Assembly: GCA_012800155.1 (NCBI GenBank)
Contig: JAAZJX010000069.1
Location: forward strand, 1 to 58,642
Origin: Candidatus Magasanikiibacteriota bacterium
Lineage (GTDB): Bacteria > Patescibacteriota > Patescibacteriia > Magasanikbacterales > UBA922
Direction: 5' to 3'
DNA length: 58,642 bases
Shown here: piece by piece, positions 42,671 to 53,881 of the stretch
How the letters are laid out: each line of letters starts with the position of its first letter
Position numbering within the stretch: position 1 is the first letter of the stretch
The notes under the pieces: generated by a model
Told to the model about the DNA's origin: nothing
The model's input: the letters and a program-made list of their open reading frames with translations, nothing else
Databases searched by the model: none
Made by a program: the position numbers and the translations under genes

Positions 42671-43324
42671 TTAACCATAATACTTTTCAGTATAAAATCT
42701 TATTAATTGTTCAATTTCAGGAATAGCTTCCGGACTAGCCACACCTACTTTTAATTTTTTCTGTATATCTTCTAAATTTCTAGCTCCTTCCAAAACAGCT
42801 TCCTCAATATCTCGATCAGTAATCCTTAATTTTTCATCAATAATTTTGGCTCCTTCAACAACAATTCGCTGATGTTGTCCTGTTTTACGAAACCAATCAT
42901 TAATAGCCATTCGCAAAGCCTTATCTCCTAATACTGAACAATGTACTTTTTGAGCTGGTAAACCACCCAATCTTTCCATAATATCTTGAGGTTTAATTTT
43001 TAAAGCTTGATCAATTGTCAATCCATTATTTTCTGTTACTATTTCACTCATAACGCTAGTTGAAGCAATAGCTGAACCACAACCAAAAGTTTGCCATTTA
43101 CATTCTTTTATTTTTTCTGTTTTTGGATCAATTTTTAACCAAACAACCATTTCATCACCACAAGCAGGAGATCCAACTCTTCCGCTAGCATCTGCTTCAT
43201 AAATTTCTTCTTCGCCATAAAAAAGAATATTTCGCGGATTAAAAAAATGATCTTTAACTATATCACTATATAACCAAGTATTACCTTGTGCATCTCTTCC
43301 ATCAATTTTTTTATTTATTTTCAT
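42671..43324 (-). CDS. iscU: Mirror copy: IscU/NifU scaffold
   Basis: Identical to 15319-15972. Confidence 0.88.
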   Translation of the reverse strand: MKINKKIDGRDAQGNTWLYSDIVKDHFFNPRNILFYGEEEIYEADASGRVGSPACGDEMVVWLKIDPKTEKIKECKWQTFGCGSAIASTSVMSEIVTENNGLTIDQALKIKPQDIMERLGGLPAQKVHCSVLGDKALRMAINDWFRKTGQHQRIVVEGAKIIDEKLRITDRDIEEAVLEGARNLEDIQKKLKVGVASPEAIPEIEQLIRFYTEKYYG

Positions 43325-43369
43325 AACTATAATTTTAAATAGTTAATTTAAAATTTTAATTTTAATATT

Positions 43370-44608
43370 TTATTTATATTTAGCATGTTGAACAACTCCT
43401 AAATTAACTGGACTAATTTTTCTTAATTTTTCTACTATTTCAGGTAAATATTCCATTACATAATCAATATCTGCTTTGGTATTACAATGTCCTAAACTAA
43501 AACGCAAACTACCATGAGAATATTCATACGGTAAACCACAAGCAGATAAAACATGAGATGGTTCAAGTGAAGCAGATGTGCAAGCTGAACCAGTTGAACA
43601 GCAAATACCATAATTATCCAAATATAATAACAAAGCTTCTCCTTCTACATCCAAAATAGAAAAATTCAAATTATTAGGCAAACGCAATAATTCATCTTCT
43701 AATTTAGGACCATTAAGTTTAACTTTATTAATTTTTGTTTGTACTTGTTCCCAAAAATAATTTCTTAAATTAAATAATCTTTTATTTTCTGCAAGACGAT
43801 TATCTTGAACTAATTCCAAAGCTTTAGTTAAACCAATAATTCCAGAAATATTTTCTGTACCACTTCTTTGACCCATTTCTTGTCCTCCTCCAAAAAACAA
43901 AGGTTGAATTTCTACTCCACGACGCTTATATAAAACTCCCACACCTTTAGGACCATAAATCTTACTTCCATTAAAAGTCAAAAGATCTACATGTAATTTT
44001 TCTACAGCTAATTCCAAAGCACCAGCTGCCTGACAAGCATCTGTATGAAAATAAGGAAAAACAGTATTTTTTTCTTTTCTCCATTTCAAAATTTCTTTAC
44101 CAATTTCAACAATTGGTTCAATAGTACCGATCTCATTATTAGCATACATAATTGTTACTAAAATTGTTTCTGGAGTAATAGCTGATAAAACTTTTTTAGG
44201 AGAAATAAAACCTTCACTATCTGGTTCTAAATAAGTTACTGTAAATCCTTCTTTTTCTAATTGTTCACAACAACGAAGTACTGCCTGATGTTCAATTTTA
44301 CTAGTTACAATATGTTTTCCTTGATTTTGATATTTTCTAGCAATACCAAAAATTGCTAAATTATTAGATTCAGTTCCTCCACTAGTAAAAATAATATTAT
44401 CAGGTAAAGCCTGTAAAATTTTAGCCACTTTTTTTCTAGCCTCACTTAAAAATCCTTTCACTTTTAAAGCCGGAGCATATAAAGATGAAGGATTGGTAAA
44501 TTCTTTTATCCAAAAAGGTTCCATTGCTTGTTTAACTCGTTCATCTATATAAGTTGTTGCCGCATGATCTAAATATACAAAAGATTTTTTCTTTTTATTA
44601 AAAAACAT
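43370..44608 (-). CDS. iscS: Mirror copy: cysteine desulfurase
   Basis: Identical to 14035-15273. Confidence 0.93.
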   Translation of the reverse strand: MFFNKKKKSFVYLDHAATTYIDERVKQAMEPFWIKEFTNPSSLYAPALKVKGFLSEARKKVAKILQALPDNIIFTSGGTESNNLAIFGIARKYQNQGKHIVTSKIEHQAVLRCCEQLEKEGFTVTYLEPDSEGFISPKKVLSAITPETILVTIMYANNEIGTIEPIVEIGKEILKWRKEKNTVFPYFHTDACQAAGALELAVEKLHVDLLTFNGSKIYGPKGVGVLYKRRGVEIQPLFFGGGQEMGQRSGTENISGIIGLTKALELVQDNRLAENKRLFNLRNYFWEQVQTKINKVKLNGPKLEDELLRLPNNLNFSILDVEGEALLLYLDNYGICCSTGSACTSASLEPSHVLSACGLPYEYSHGSLRFSLGHCNTKADIDYVMEYLPEIVEKLRKISPVNLGVVQHAKYK

Positions 44609-44609
44609 A

Positions 44610-45014
44610 TTAATCTTCTAATAATTCTGATAATTTTATTTTACCTAAATAATCTAATAAAGAATTATTTACTTTTTTAAAAACTTTATGAGCTGTACAA
44701 TTTTTTTCTTTTGGACAAACAACATCACTTTTCAAACAATCAATCACTGCATATTCTCCATCTAAAACTTCTAGTAAATCTTTAAGACTAATTTTAGTTA
44801 AACTTTTTTTTAAATAATAACCACCAGTTGCTCCTTTAATAGATTGAATAATACCACCTTGACGCAATTTTCTAGCAATTCTCTGTAAAAATAAAAAAGA
44901 AATATTTTTTTCATCAGAAAACTTTCGTAAACCCAAAAGCTCATTTTTATTTAAATTAGACAAAGCAAAAATAAATTGTAAACTATAACCCAATTCTTTA
45001 TTAAACTGTAACAT
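44610..45014 (-). CDS. Mirror copy: Rrf2 regulator
   Basis: Identical to 13629-14033. Confidence 0.88.
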   Translation of the reverse strand: MLQFNKELGYSLQFIFALSNLNKNELLGLRKFSDEKNISFLFLQRIARKLRQGGIIQSIKGATGGYYLKKSLTKISLKDLLEVLDGEYAVIDCLKSDVVCPKEKNCTAHKVFKKVNNSLLDYLGKIKLSELLED

Positions 45015-45139
45015 AAAATTTTAATTTAATAAGATAATTAAATTATACTACAAAAGTATGATTTGTCAAATTTATTAAGAAAAAAGAAATAAACACAAAA
45101 GTTTATTCCTTATTTCTTATTCTTTACTTTTTATTTTAA

Positions 45140-45727
45140 CTAAAATGGTAAAGTTAAATTAATACTTCCATTTGTTTGATTACCATCCATACTTTGTAAT
45201 TGTATTGGTAAATCAAAATTAACAGCAAATGGTACTAATTCTCCTACTAAAGTATTATAATAAAGCATTTTATTTTTTTTACCATATTCATAAATCTCTT
45301 TGGTAACTTTTACATCTTGTTCACAATATTTTTTTATTTCTTCTAATTTTCCTTCTTCAAACCATTTTTGCGCTTGAAAACCATCCGCACTTTTTTCTAT
45401 CTGTAATGTTGCTTTAGCAATATCATTTAATTTATAACGATGACCAGTAGATTCTTTAATTATTTTTAAAATATCTAATTGAGGAAAACTTAATAAATCA
45501 CCTGCATAATATTTATTCAAAATTGGTAAATCAAAATGTTCACTATTAAAACCAATTATTCTTTCAGCTTTTTCTAAGATTGGCCATAAATCTCCTAACT
45601 CATGCTCTTCAAAAGAGCGGTATTGATCATGTTCATATTCATAAATAGATACCACTGTAATTTTCATATTAGCCTGATCTCTAAGATCTCCAATAGTTTC
45701 AATATCTAAAACAACTTCTTTTGACAT
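45140..45727 (-). CDS. Mirror copy: RNase H-like exonuclease
   Basis: Identical to 12916-13503. Confidence 0.83.
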   Translation of the reverse strand: MSKEVVLDIETIGDLRDQANMKITVVSIYEYEHDQYRSFEEHELGDLWPILEKAERIIGFNSEHFDLPILNKYYAGDLLSFPQLDILKIIKESTGHRYKLNDIAKATLQIEKSADGFQAQKWFEEGKLEEIKKYCEQDVKVTKEIYEYGKKNKMLYYNTLVGELVPFAVNFDLPIQLQSMDGNQTNGSINLTLPF

Positions 45728-45828
45728 AAATTATATAATTATTTTAAGTGCAATTATTTTAACACATTTATTAAAATATAAAAAGTGTAACAAATTTTTA
45801 CACTTTTTACTTGTTTATTAAATCTTAA

Positions 45829-47025
45829 TTAACTAAACATTAACCATTCTGGTTTAAAAATTAATAACAATCCAAGAATCAATATTAACAAACCACCAAC
45901 TAAATTAGTATATTTAGCATATTTAGTACCAAAAACTTTTGATTTAAGAGTAGACATCGCAATAAAAAATACCAATAAATCATCTAACATATAAAAGAAT
46001 ATATAACCAACCATATACATATATTTCTTCCAAATTGGCATTTCATTCAAAGCTAACACTTGTGTAAATATTGCTGGAAAACCAGCAGAACAAGCTAATT
46101 CTACTAAATTTACTGAAAAACCTAATAATAAAATACCTAATATTGACCACCATAAACTTTTTTTATAAACAATATCTTTAATTTTAGCAAAAATTTTTTG
46201 AGTATTTTTTTTACTAGATACTTCACAAACAACGCCTTCAGTTTTTCTACTTTTCCAAAAATCTTTTAAACTTTTTCCACCAACTCCCACTGCCACTAAA
46301 CCAATTATAATTCTTATAGCAACAACCATCCCCATAAACATCAAAAATTGAAGCCAAGCAGCCATAAAAATAAAATATACTAAGGCTGAAGAAAATATAA
46401 AAATACTACCCAAAAGCCACATCCTTTTTTTATCTTCCATCCCCAAAAGTAAAGTAATTAAAAAAAGCAAAACCCACATTGCACAAGGATTGAAGCCGTC
46501 TAATAAACCAATAATTATTGTTAAAACTGGTAAAGAAAATTGTTCTAAATCTATTTCTCCTAAAAAAGGAATATTTATATATTCAGAATTGTTATTTATT
46601 TTTTCCTCTTTTTCTAATAAACCGCGTTCTAATAATTTATTCTCCACAATACCCATAATTTTATTACCAGTCGTTTTATTATTAGCAAAACCAACTACCA
46701 CTTCACCATCTATAAAAGCTACTGGTACTCCACTAGTTTGTACATTATAAAATTTTATATATTGTTGAAAAATTTGTTGATTTTCAGAACTTTTACTTAC
46801 TTCATACATTTTTAAATCAATAAAATCACCATATTCTTTCATTAGCTTAGTATTGATAAACTTAATTTGATCTTTGCAATGTGGACAAGTTTCTGAATAA
46901 AAAAAAACATATTCTACTTTATTTTCATTTGTCGTCGCAATTTCTTCTGCTTGAACTGGAGAAACAAAAGAAAAAATACTTAAGCAAAAAGAAATTAATA
47001 ATAAAAAAATAAAAAATCTTTTCAT
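45829..47025 (-). CDS. Mirror copy: thioredoxin/DsbD-like fusion
   Basis: Identical to 11618-12814. Confidence 0.78.
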   Translation of the reverse strand: MKRFFIFLLLISFCLSIFSFVSPVQAEEIATTNENKVEYVFFYSETCPHCKDQIKFINTKLMKEYGDFIDLKMYEVSKSSENQQIFQQYIKFYNVQTSGVPVAFIDGEVVVGFANNKTTGNKIMGIVENKLLERGLLEKEEKINNNSEYINIPFLGEIDLEQFSLPVLTIIIGLLDGFNPCAMWVLLFLITLLLGMEDKKRMWLLGSIFIFSSALVYFIFMAAWLQFLMFMGMVVAIRIIIGLVAVGVGGKSLKDFWKSRKTEGVVCEVSSKKNTQKIFAKIKDIVYKKSLWWSILGILLLGFSVNLVELACSAGFPAIFTQVLALNEMPIWKKYMYMVGYIFFYMLDDLLVFFIAMSTLKSKVFGTKYAKYTNLVGGLLILILGLLLIFKPEWLMFS

Positions 47026-47173
47026 AAAATATTTATATAATACAAAAAATTATCAAGACAATTATAATACAATTATTTTTTTTGGTCAATCTAAATAATT
47101 AATAACAGTTGACAAAAAACTAATTATATTATACTATAATAGTATGAGAAGAACTAATTATTAAATTAAATTT

Positions 47174-47755
47174 ATGAAATTTACACTTCCAAAACTTAAT
47201 TTTACCTTTGATGCTCTAGAACCAAACATAGATGCTCAAACAGTAGAAACACATTATACCAAACATCATCAAGGATATATGGATAACTTTCAAATTTTAG
47301 TAGATAAATATCCTGAATTAAAAAATCTGACAGCTGAAAAAATACTTACTGATTTAGAAAAATTAAATATAAATAATATAGACCGAACAAAATTAAAAAA
47401 TATGGGTGGCGGTTATTTAAATCATAATATTTATTGGTCCAATCTAAATCCTAATAATACTAAAGATAAAAATTTAATAAAAAAAATAAATCGTGATTTT
47501 GGTTCAATTAAAAAATTCAAAGAACAATTCACTCAACTTGCCACTACTTTATTTGGATCTGGTTGGGTTTGGTTAGTAGAAAAATCTGATGGAAAATTGG
47601 ATATTTATCAATTACCTAATCAAGACTCTCCACTAACTCTGGGACATAAACCTATCTTAGCTCTTGATGTTTGGGAACATGCTTATTATCTGAAATATAA
47701 AAATAAACGCATTGATTATATTAATGCTTGGTGGAATTTAATAAAATTAATTTAA
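47174..47755 (+). CDS. sodA: Mirror copy: superoxide dismutase
   Basis: Identical to 10888-11469. Confidence 0.9.
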   Translation: MKFTLPKLNFTFDALEPNIDAQTVETHYTKHHQGYMDNFQILVDKYPELKNLTAEKILTDLEKLNINNIDRTKLKNMGGGYLNHNIYWSNLNPNNTKDKNLIKKINRDFGSIKKFKEQFTQLATTLFGSGWVWLVEKSDGKLDIYQLPNQDSPLTLGHKPILALDVWEHAYYLKYKNKRIDYINAWWNLIKLI

Positions 47756-47876
47756 AATAAAATTATTAACTAAATACTAATTTATTTTTTATTTTCTATT
47801 TATAAAGAGTTTTAAATAAAAAATTAAAACCCCAGTTTAACTGGGGTTTTTATATATTAAATTTATAAATTAGTAT

Positions 47877-49271
47877 TTAATAATCACGCAATTTACTAGA
47901 AATATCAAAAGTTTGAATCTTATCTAAAGCTTTTGCTTCAATCTGACGAATACGCTCGCGTGTTACATCAAATTCCTTACCAACTTCTTCCAAAGTATGC
48001 GTTACTCCATCCACTAATCCAAAACGCATTTCTAAAATCTTTTGTTCTCGAGGAGATAAATCTTTCATTGCTTCTTTGATATAATCACGCAATAATTCTC
48101 TACCAGCTGATTGCGAAGGACTAACAGTTTTTACATCTTCAATAAAATCTGATAAAGAAGAATCGTCATCGTCATCATCACCAACCGAAGTTTCCAAAGA
48201 AATTGTTTCTTGAGAAATTTTAATAATATGTTTAATTTTATCTAAATCTTCTCCCATTTCTGCAGCTAATTCTTCTGGAGTCGCATCACGACCTAAATCT
48301 TGTAATAAACGACGAGAAATTTGTTGAAAACGATTGATAGTTTCTACCATATGAACTGGAATACGAATTGTTCTAGATTGATCAGCTAAAGCACGAGTAA
48401 TAGCTTGACGAATCCACCAAGTTGCATAAGTAGAAAATTTATAACCTTTTCGATGATCAAATTTTTTAACAGCTCGAAATAAACCAATATTTCCTTCTTG
48501 AATTAAATCCAAAAGCGAAAGTTGTTTTCCTACAAACTTTTTGGCAATAGATACAACTAAACGCAAGTTAGCTTGAATCAATTTTTTTTCAGCTTCTCTA
48601 TCCCCTTTTTCTTTTCTTTTAGCCAAAGAAACTTCTTGATCAGCAGTTAAAAGTGGAATCTTACCAATCTCGCGTAAATACATTTGAATAGAATCTTGAG
48701 AAATAGCGCCTAAATCAAATTCTCCTTCTACATCAGGTTGTTCACCTTGAAATTCTTGTAACAATTCTGCATTATCATTTTTCTTACCTAAAAAACCTTC
48801 TCGCATTTCCACTACAGAAATTCTATTTTTATCCATTAAATCCAAAGCAAATTCATAATATTCCAAATAACATTCCAAACGAGGAAAAAGATTTAAAACT
48901 TCTACTTCTGTTAAAAATCCTCTACTTCTACCTTTATCTACTAAATTTTTAATGGCTAATTCATCTGGTGGATTTACTATTTCTTGATCAATTACAAAAC
49001 CAGACTTAGTTAAAGTCTTATTTTTTTTATTTTTTGGAGAAACTAATTTCTTATTTGGTTTTGAAACTGTTTTCTTTTTGGTAACTTTCTTAATAGTTTT
49101 TGTAGTCCGTTTTGATGGTTTGCGGACTGGTTTTTTGATAGCTTTTTGAGCTTTGGAAACAACCTTTTGGGTTGTCTTTTTTTTCTTTGTAACTGATTTT
49201 TTAGTTACAGTTTTAGTTGTCTTGTTCTTTTGAGTTTTTTTAACACTCTTTTGAACTTTTTTTCTCGGCAT
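47877..49271 (-). CDS. rpoD: Mirror copy: RpoD
   Basis: Identical to 9372-10766. Confidence 0.95.
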   Translation of the reverse strand: MPRKKVQKSVKKTQKNKTTKTVTKKSVTKKKKTTQKVVSKAQKAIKKPVRKPSKRTTKTIKKVTKKKTVSKPNKKLVSPKNKKNKTLTKSGFVIDQEIVNPPDELAIKNLVDKGRSRGFLTEVEVLNLFPRLECYLEYYEFALDLMDKNRISVVEMREGFLGKKNDNAELLQEFQGEQPDVEGEFDLGAISQDSIQMYLREIGKIPLLTADQEVSLAKRKEKGDREAEKKLIQANLRLVVSIAKKFVGKQLSLLDLIQEGNIGLFRAVKKFDHRKGYKFSTYATWWIRQAITRALADQSRTIRIPVHMVETINRFQQISRRLLQDLGRDATPEELAAEMGEDLDKIKHIIKISQETISLETSVGDDDDDDSSLSDFIEDVKTVSPSQSAGRELLRDYIKEAMKDLSPREQKILEMRFGLVDGVTHTLEEVGKEFDVTRERIRQIEAKALDKIQTFDISSKLRDY

Positions 49272-49300
49272 GAGAAAATAATTATTAATTAATTTTATTT

Positions 49301-51082
49301 TTATAATTGATTAATTTGAGTCCACTCAGCAATTAAAGCATTTTCTTTTTCTCTGTCATTATTTTTTGCAGCTTGAGCAATTTTTATTTTTAATTCTTCA
49401 TTTTTTTTTCTTTTCCACCTTGTTTTTATTAAAACAATAATATTTTCTAATTCTTTTTTAGCATCTTCTTCTAAAAAATTAGAAAACTCCCATTCTGATT
49501 GCAAGAGTAAAATATCTAAATTTTTTTTATCTTCAGCTTTTACCTGATTTTTAATTTCTTCTAAAGTATACTCTTTTTTTATCAATTCGTAAAGAGAATT
49601 AAAAATACTTTCTTCAATAATTTTTTCCAATCCTGATTTTAATAACTTTTCTCTTAAAAAAGGATATTTCAAAATTAAAGCTAATAATCTTTCTAATAAT
49701 AAAGCTAAAGGATCTTTTTTTATAATTTTTTCAGATTCTAATTTTTTTTCAGCTGAATTCAATTTATTCACATTTTTTTTGGTAGCTACTCTTTTTAGAT
49801 CATCTCTTAATACCACAACATCCACTCTAACAATTTCAGAAAGTTTTCTCAACCAATGATCTTTTTCTACTGCATAAGGAATACGCGCAATTTCTAATAA
49901 TATTTCATCTACTGCTTGTTGTTTTTCTTGATAATTAGTAATATCTTTTTTAGAAAAAACTTTGGAAAAATACCAATCCATCACATCTTGAGCATTATTA
50001 ACTGCTTCAAACCAAATATCTGGATTTTTTTTTAAACATTCATCTGGATCTTTTCCTTTTCCTTCAGGAATACGAATCACCCGAACTCTCATTCCCGCTT
50101 CAATAGCTAAATCAATTCCTCTCTTAGCTGCATTTTGACCAGCGTCATCAACATCAAAAGCCATATTGATATTTTTGGAATAACGCTGTAATAATTTTAT
50201 TTGTTCTTCAGTCAAAGCTGTACCAGAAGAAGCTACTACATTTTTCATACCAGCTTGATGACAAGCAATTGCATCCATCTGACCTTCAACAATTACTACT
50301 AAATCTTTAGTTTTAACTTCTTGTTTTGCTTTTTCTAAACCAAATATTACTCTAGATTTATCATAAACTATTGTTTGTGGAGTATTTACATATTTACCTC
50401 CAGAATTTTCTTTTTCTACCAAAATTCTTCCAGTAAAACCAACTACTTCACCATGAACATCACGAATAGGAAACATAATCCGACCACGAAAACGATCATA
50501 AAAACCTCTTACTCCACCTGATTCAGTACCTTCTTTTCTAATAGTCAAACCTGAAGCAACTAAATCATCAACTGCAAAACCTTTTTTTAATAAATACTGA
50601 GTTAATAAATCCCACTGCTCAGGAATAAAACCAATTTGCCATTCATCAATAGTTTCTAATTTTATTCCTCTTTCTTCTAAATATTTCAAAGCGTCTTTTG
50701 CTGTAGACATTTTTATTAAAAAATTATAAAAAAAACGAGCAGCTTCTTTATTGATTTGTTTAATTCTATTTTTTTGATTATTATCTACTTCACTGCGACG
50801 ATTTGATAATTCTATTCCCGCTCGATTGGCCAAATAACGCAAAGCTTCCACAAATTCCATACCTTCCATTTCTTGAATAAAAGAAAAAATATCTCCACCT
50901 TTTCCACAACCAAAACAATGCCAATTTTGTCTTTCACTACTAACCATAAATGATGGAGTTTTCTCATTATGAAAAGGACATAAACCTTTTTTATTTGCAC
51001 CTGCTGGTTTTAATTGAATATATTCACCAATTAAATCTGCTACATCAATTTTATCTTTTATTTGTTGAATTTCATCTGACAT
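49301..51082 (-). CDS. dnaG: Mirror copy: DNA primase
   Basis: Identical to 7561-9342. Confidence 0.95.
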   Translation of the reverse strand: MSDEIQQIKDKIDVADLIGEYIQLKPAGANKKGLCPFHNEKTPSFMVSSERQNWHCFGCGKGGDIFSFIQEMEGMEFVEALRYLANRAGIELSNRRSEVDNNQKNRIKQINKEAARFFYNFLIKMSTAKDALKYLEERGIKLETIDEWQIGFIPEQWDLLTQYLLKKGFAVDDLVASGLTIRKEGTESGGVRGFYDRFRGRIMFPIRDVHGEVVGFTGRILVEKENSGGKYVNTPQTIVYDKSRVIFGLEKAKQEVKTKDLVVIVEGQMDAIACHQAGMKNVVASSGTALTEEQIKLLQRYSKNINMAFDVDDAGQNAAKRGIDLAIEAGMRVRVIRIPEGKGKDPDECLKKNPDIWFEAVNNAQDVMDWYFSKVFSKKDITNYQEKQQAVDEILLEIARIPYAVEKDHWLRKLSEIVRVDVVVLRDDLKRVATKKNVNKLNSAEKKLESEKIIKKDPLALLLERLLALILKYPFLREKLLKSGLEKIIEESIFNSLYELIKKEYTLEEIKNQVKAEDKKNLDILLLQSEWEFSNFLEEDAKKELENIIVLIKTRWKRKKNEELKIKIAQAAKNNDREKENALIAEWTQINQL

Positions 51083-51194
51083 AATTTAATCAACTTTTTT
51101 ATTTATCTTTAAATTTTAAATCAATAATATTTATAGACTATCTCAAAAACAAGAATAAATCAATAGTCTTAAAACTCACTTTGGAAAGTGAGTT

Positions 51195-52649
51195 TTAACC
51201 AAATTTTATTATATTATCGTCATTACCAATACTGCCAGAATCTGTTTGATATTTTGTTGTCTCATTTTTATCTTTTTTTATTATTTTAGATTCATCTCGA
51301 TCTTGTATATTGCTTACTACCTGATTATATATTGATTCTATAGGTAAACCAACTGGAGGTTCTGAGCGTTTAGAAATAGTTTTTTGTACTTGAGGTGTTT
51401 TCACATGAGACATAGGAAAATGCCAAATAGTAGCTAGCTCTTCTGTATTTAACACAAAAGGATTACTACCAGTCTTTATTTTTCTATTTTTATAAGCCTT
51501 AATTAAATTAGCTTTTCTGAGAGCAGATTTTTTTTCTTTTCCAAAATAAAATACACTTGTAGTAAATTTTGGCACAATAGAATTGGCACTAGGTATATTA
51601 AATTGTTGTATAGCTCCCACCAAAGCATTGATTCCTCTTTCTGATTTAAAAACTTCATTTCTAGCTAAATAAACTCCTCGCATTTTGGTTTTAAATCCAA
51701 CTTTAGTAATTTTTTCTTCCATAGCTTCAACTATTTTTGTTTGTCCTGGTGTAAGATATTTAAGTTGATTTGGTTCAGATTGTTTACTTTTTTCTTCTCC
51801 ATTTTCAGCTCTAATAGTTCCAAAAACTTGAGCGCTAATTTCATCCCAAGTTTTAGCAACTTCTCTTTCAAAAGGTAAACCAAAACCAGATTTTTTCTTA
51901 GTGCTAACATCTCCAATAACTTCTTTAATTTTTTTAATAGCATCTTCTTTCCAACTATTAGAAATAGGTTCAATAATTATTTGAAACCACATTTGTTCTC
52001 CTGAACCAATTCTAGAAAAACTTTCTAAAAAGGCACTCATTGGATCTTTTAAAACTGTATCTTTGGATATATTGTGTTCAAAATATCTATAAGTTCTAAT
52101 TGGAAAAGCATCATTCTCAGCTAAAGAAAAATCTCCTACCCAAACATCATAATCTGGATCTGGATAAATTTCTGGAGCAATATCAACATAATCTTCTACT
52201 TCAGTAATATCTGCATCTGGATATTGCGCATAAATAGCTGCTTCTATTAAATCACGAAAAATTTCTTCAGTCCGAACTAAAAACTGAATATAACCTTCAA
52301 TACTAATAATTTCAAAACTAAACCATCGTTGTCTAACTCCATTTTTGAAAACTTTTTCTATATTCAAACTATCAAAAGCTCCAGCTAAATGAGCAAATAA
52401 CTGTTCTACAGCTTTTGGAGTTTGAACATTTTCTAAAGGAACATCAATCGCTAATAAAACCCATTTCCAATCAGCAGTATAATGATTAGTTTTATATTCT
52501 ATCCAATAATAAACTGAAAGAAAAAATAATAAATAAGCTAACACTACCCAACCAATAATAATGACAACATCAAAAACTACTTCAAAAGTAGGACGCAAAA
52601 AAAACTGTAATATTAAATCTAAATCAATATAAAAAGGACCTAAAAACAT
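51195..52649 (-). CDS. Mirror copy: membrane-anchored hypothetical protein
   Basis: Identical to 5994-7448. Confidence 0.7.
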   Translation of the reverse strand: MFLGPFYIDLDLILQFFLRPTFEVVFDVVIIIGWVVLAYLLFFLSVYYWIEYKTNHYTADWKWVLLAIDVPLENVQTPKAVEQLFAHLAGAFDSLNIEKVFKNGVRQRWFSFEIISIEGYIQFLVRTEEIFRDLIEAAIYAQYPDADITEVEDYVDIAPEIYPDPDYDVWVGDFSLAENDAFPIRTYRYFEHNISKDTVLKDPMSAFLESFSRIGSGEQMWFQIIIEPISNSWKEDAIKKIKEVIGDVSTKKKSGFGLPFEREVAKTWDEISAQVFGTIRAENGEEKSKQSEPNQLKYLTPGQTKIVEAMEEKITKVGFKTKMRGVYLARNEVFKSERGINALVGAIQQFNIPSANSIVPKFTTSVFYFGKEKKSALRKANLIKAYKNRKIKTGSNPFVLNTEELATIWHFPMSHVKTPQVQKTISKRSEPPVGLPIESIYNQVVSNIQDRDESKIIKKDKNETTKYQTDSGSIGNDDNIIKFG

Positions 52650-52651
52650 AT

Positions 52652-52813
52652 TTAGACTTCTATTAATTTATAAATAATAACATAAATTATAATGATACCA
52701 AAAACTGTCCACCACCAACCATTTAAACTAGAAAAATAACCTGACAACCAAGCTAAACCAACAGCAATAGTAACAGCTAAAGATATCAAATGACGAATAA
52801 AATTATCTGACAT
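52652..52813 (-). CDS. Mirror copy: 53-aa membrane protein
   Basis: Reverse complement of 5830-5991. Confidence 0.7.
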   Translation of the reverse strand: MSDNFIRHLISLAVTIAVGLAWLSGYFSSLNGWWWTVFGIIIIYVIIYKLIEV

Positions 52814-52962
52814 AAAATTAATTTTAAGATTTATAAAATCTTATGTCTATAAAATATAAAAAACAAAATTTTAGACTTTCAAATTCTATAAATTTTAACT
52901 TATTAACATTATACCACAAAAAAATAAAAAACCCCACCAGTAGGGGGATTTTTATTTAATTA

Positions 52963-53880
52963 TTATTTATTTCTTCTTTTTTCATCCCAATTATGCCAAA
53001 CTACTAATAATGGACTGGCTACAAAAATAGATGAATAAGCGCCTAAAAAAATACCAATTATCAAAGCTAAAGAAAAGTTTTTTATTGTTACGCCACCGAA
53101 AAAATACAAAGCTGACAAAGCTAATAAAGTAGTCAAAGTAGTATTGATAGATCGAGCAATAGTATCATTAATAGCTTTATTTACCAAACTCGAAAAATCA
53201 TCCACACTATGCTTAATAAGATTTTCTCTAATTCGATCAAAAACTACAATCGTATCATTAACTGAATAACCAAGTACTGTCAATAAAGCCACTACAAAAG
53301 CTGTATCCACTTCTACTCCAGCAAATTTACCTAAAATTGCAAAAACTCCTGCTGTAATTACTATATTATGCACTAAACCAACTACTGCTACTGCACCATA
53401 TTTCCAAGAAGCTACTGGTCGAGAAACTTTTCTAAATGCATAAGCAATAAATAAAATAATACCAATACAAACAGTAATAATAGCTGTAAACGAACGATTA
53501 CGTAAAGAAGAACTGACAGAAGAACCAATAGTTTCAAATCTTTGTTCCAAAACTTTACTTTCTTCATTTTCAAAATTAGTTCTTAAATTAGATAATAAAT
53601 TTTGATGTTCTTCTTCTGTTAAAAATTTAGTTTTAATAATAACTCCATTATTATCTGTAGTTTGTACTACAACTGTGCCAAAATTCATACTTTGAACTAA
53701 CTCTCTAACTTGTGTTACTTCTGGACGATTATTAGAAAAACTAACTTCTAATAAAGATCCACCTGTAAAATCCATACCCGGTTTTAAACCAAAAACAAAC
53801 AAAAAGAATAAAGCCGTTATAAACAAAATTCCAGAGATAGTAAAAGTAAAATTTCTTTTTCCAATAAAATTAATTTGCAT
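52963..53880 (-). CDS. secF: Mirror copy: SecF
   Basis: Identical to 4763-5680. Confidence 0.95.
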   Translation of the reverse strand: MQINFIGKRNFTFTISGILFITALFFLFVFGLKPGMDFTGGSLLEVSFSNNRPEVTQVRELVQSMNFGTVVVQTTDNNGVIIKTKFLTEEEHQNLLSNLRTNFENEESKVLEQRFETIGSSVSSSLRNRSFTAIITVCIGIILFIAYAFRKVSRPVASWKYGAVAVVGLVHNIVITAGVFAILGKFAGVEVDTAFVVALLTVLGYSVNDTIVVFDRIRENLIKHSVDDFSSLVNKAINDTIARSINTTLTTLLALSALYFFGGVTIKNFSLALIIGIFLGAYSSIFVASPLLVVWHNWDEKRRNK

Positions 53881-53881
53881 A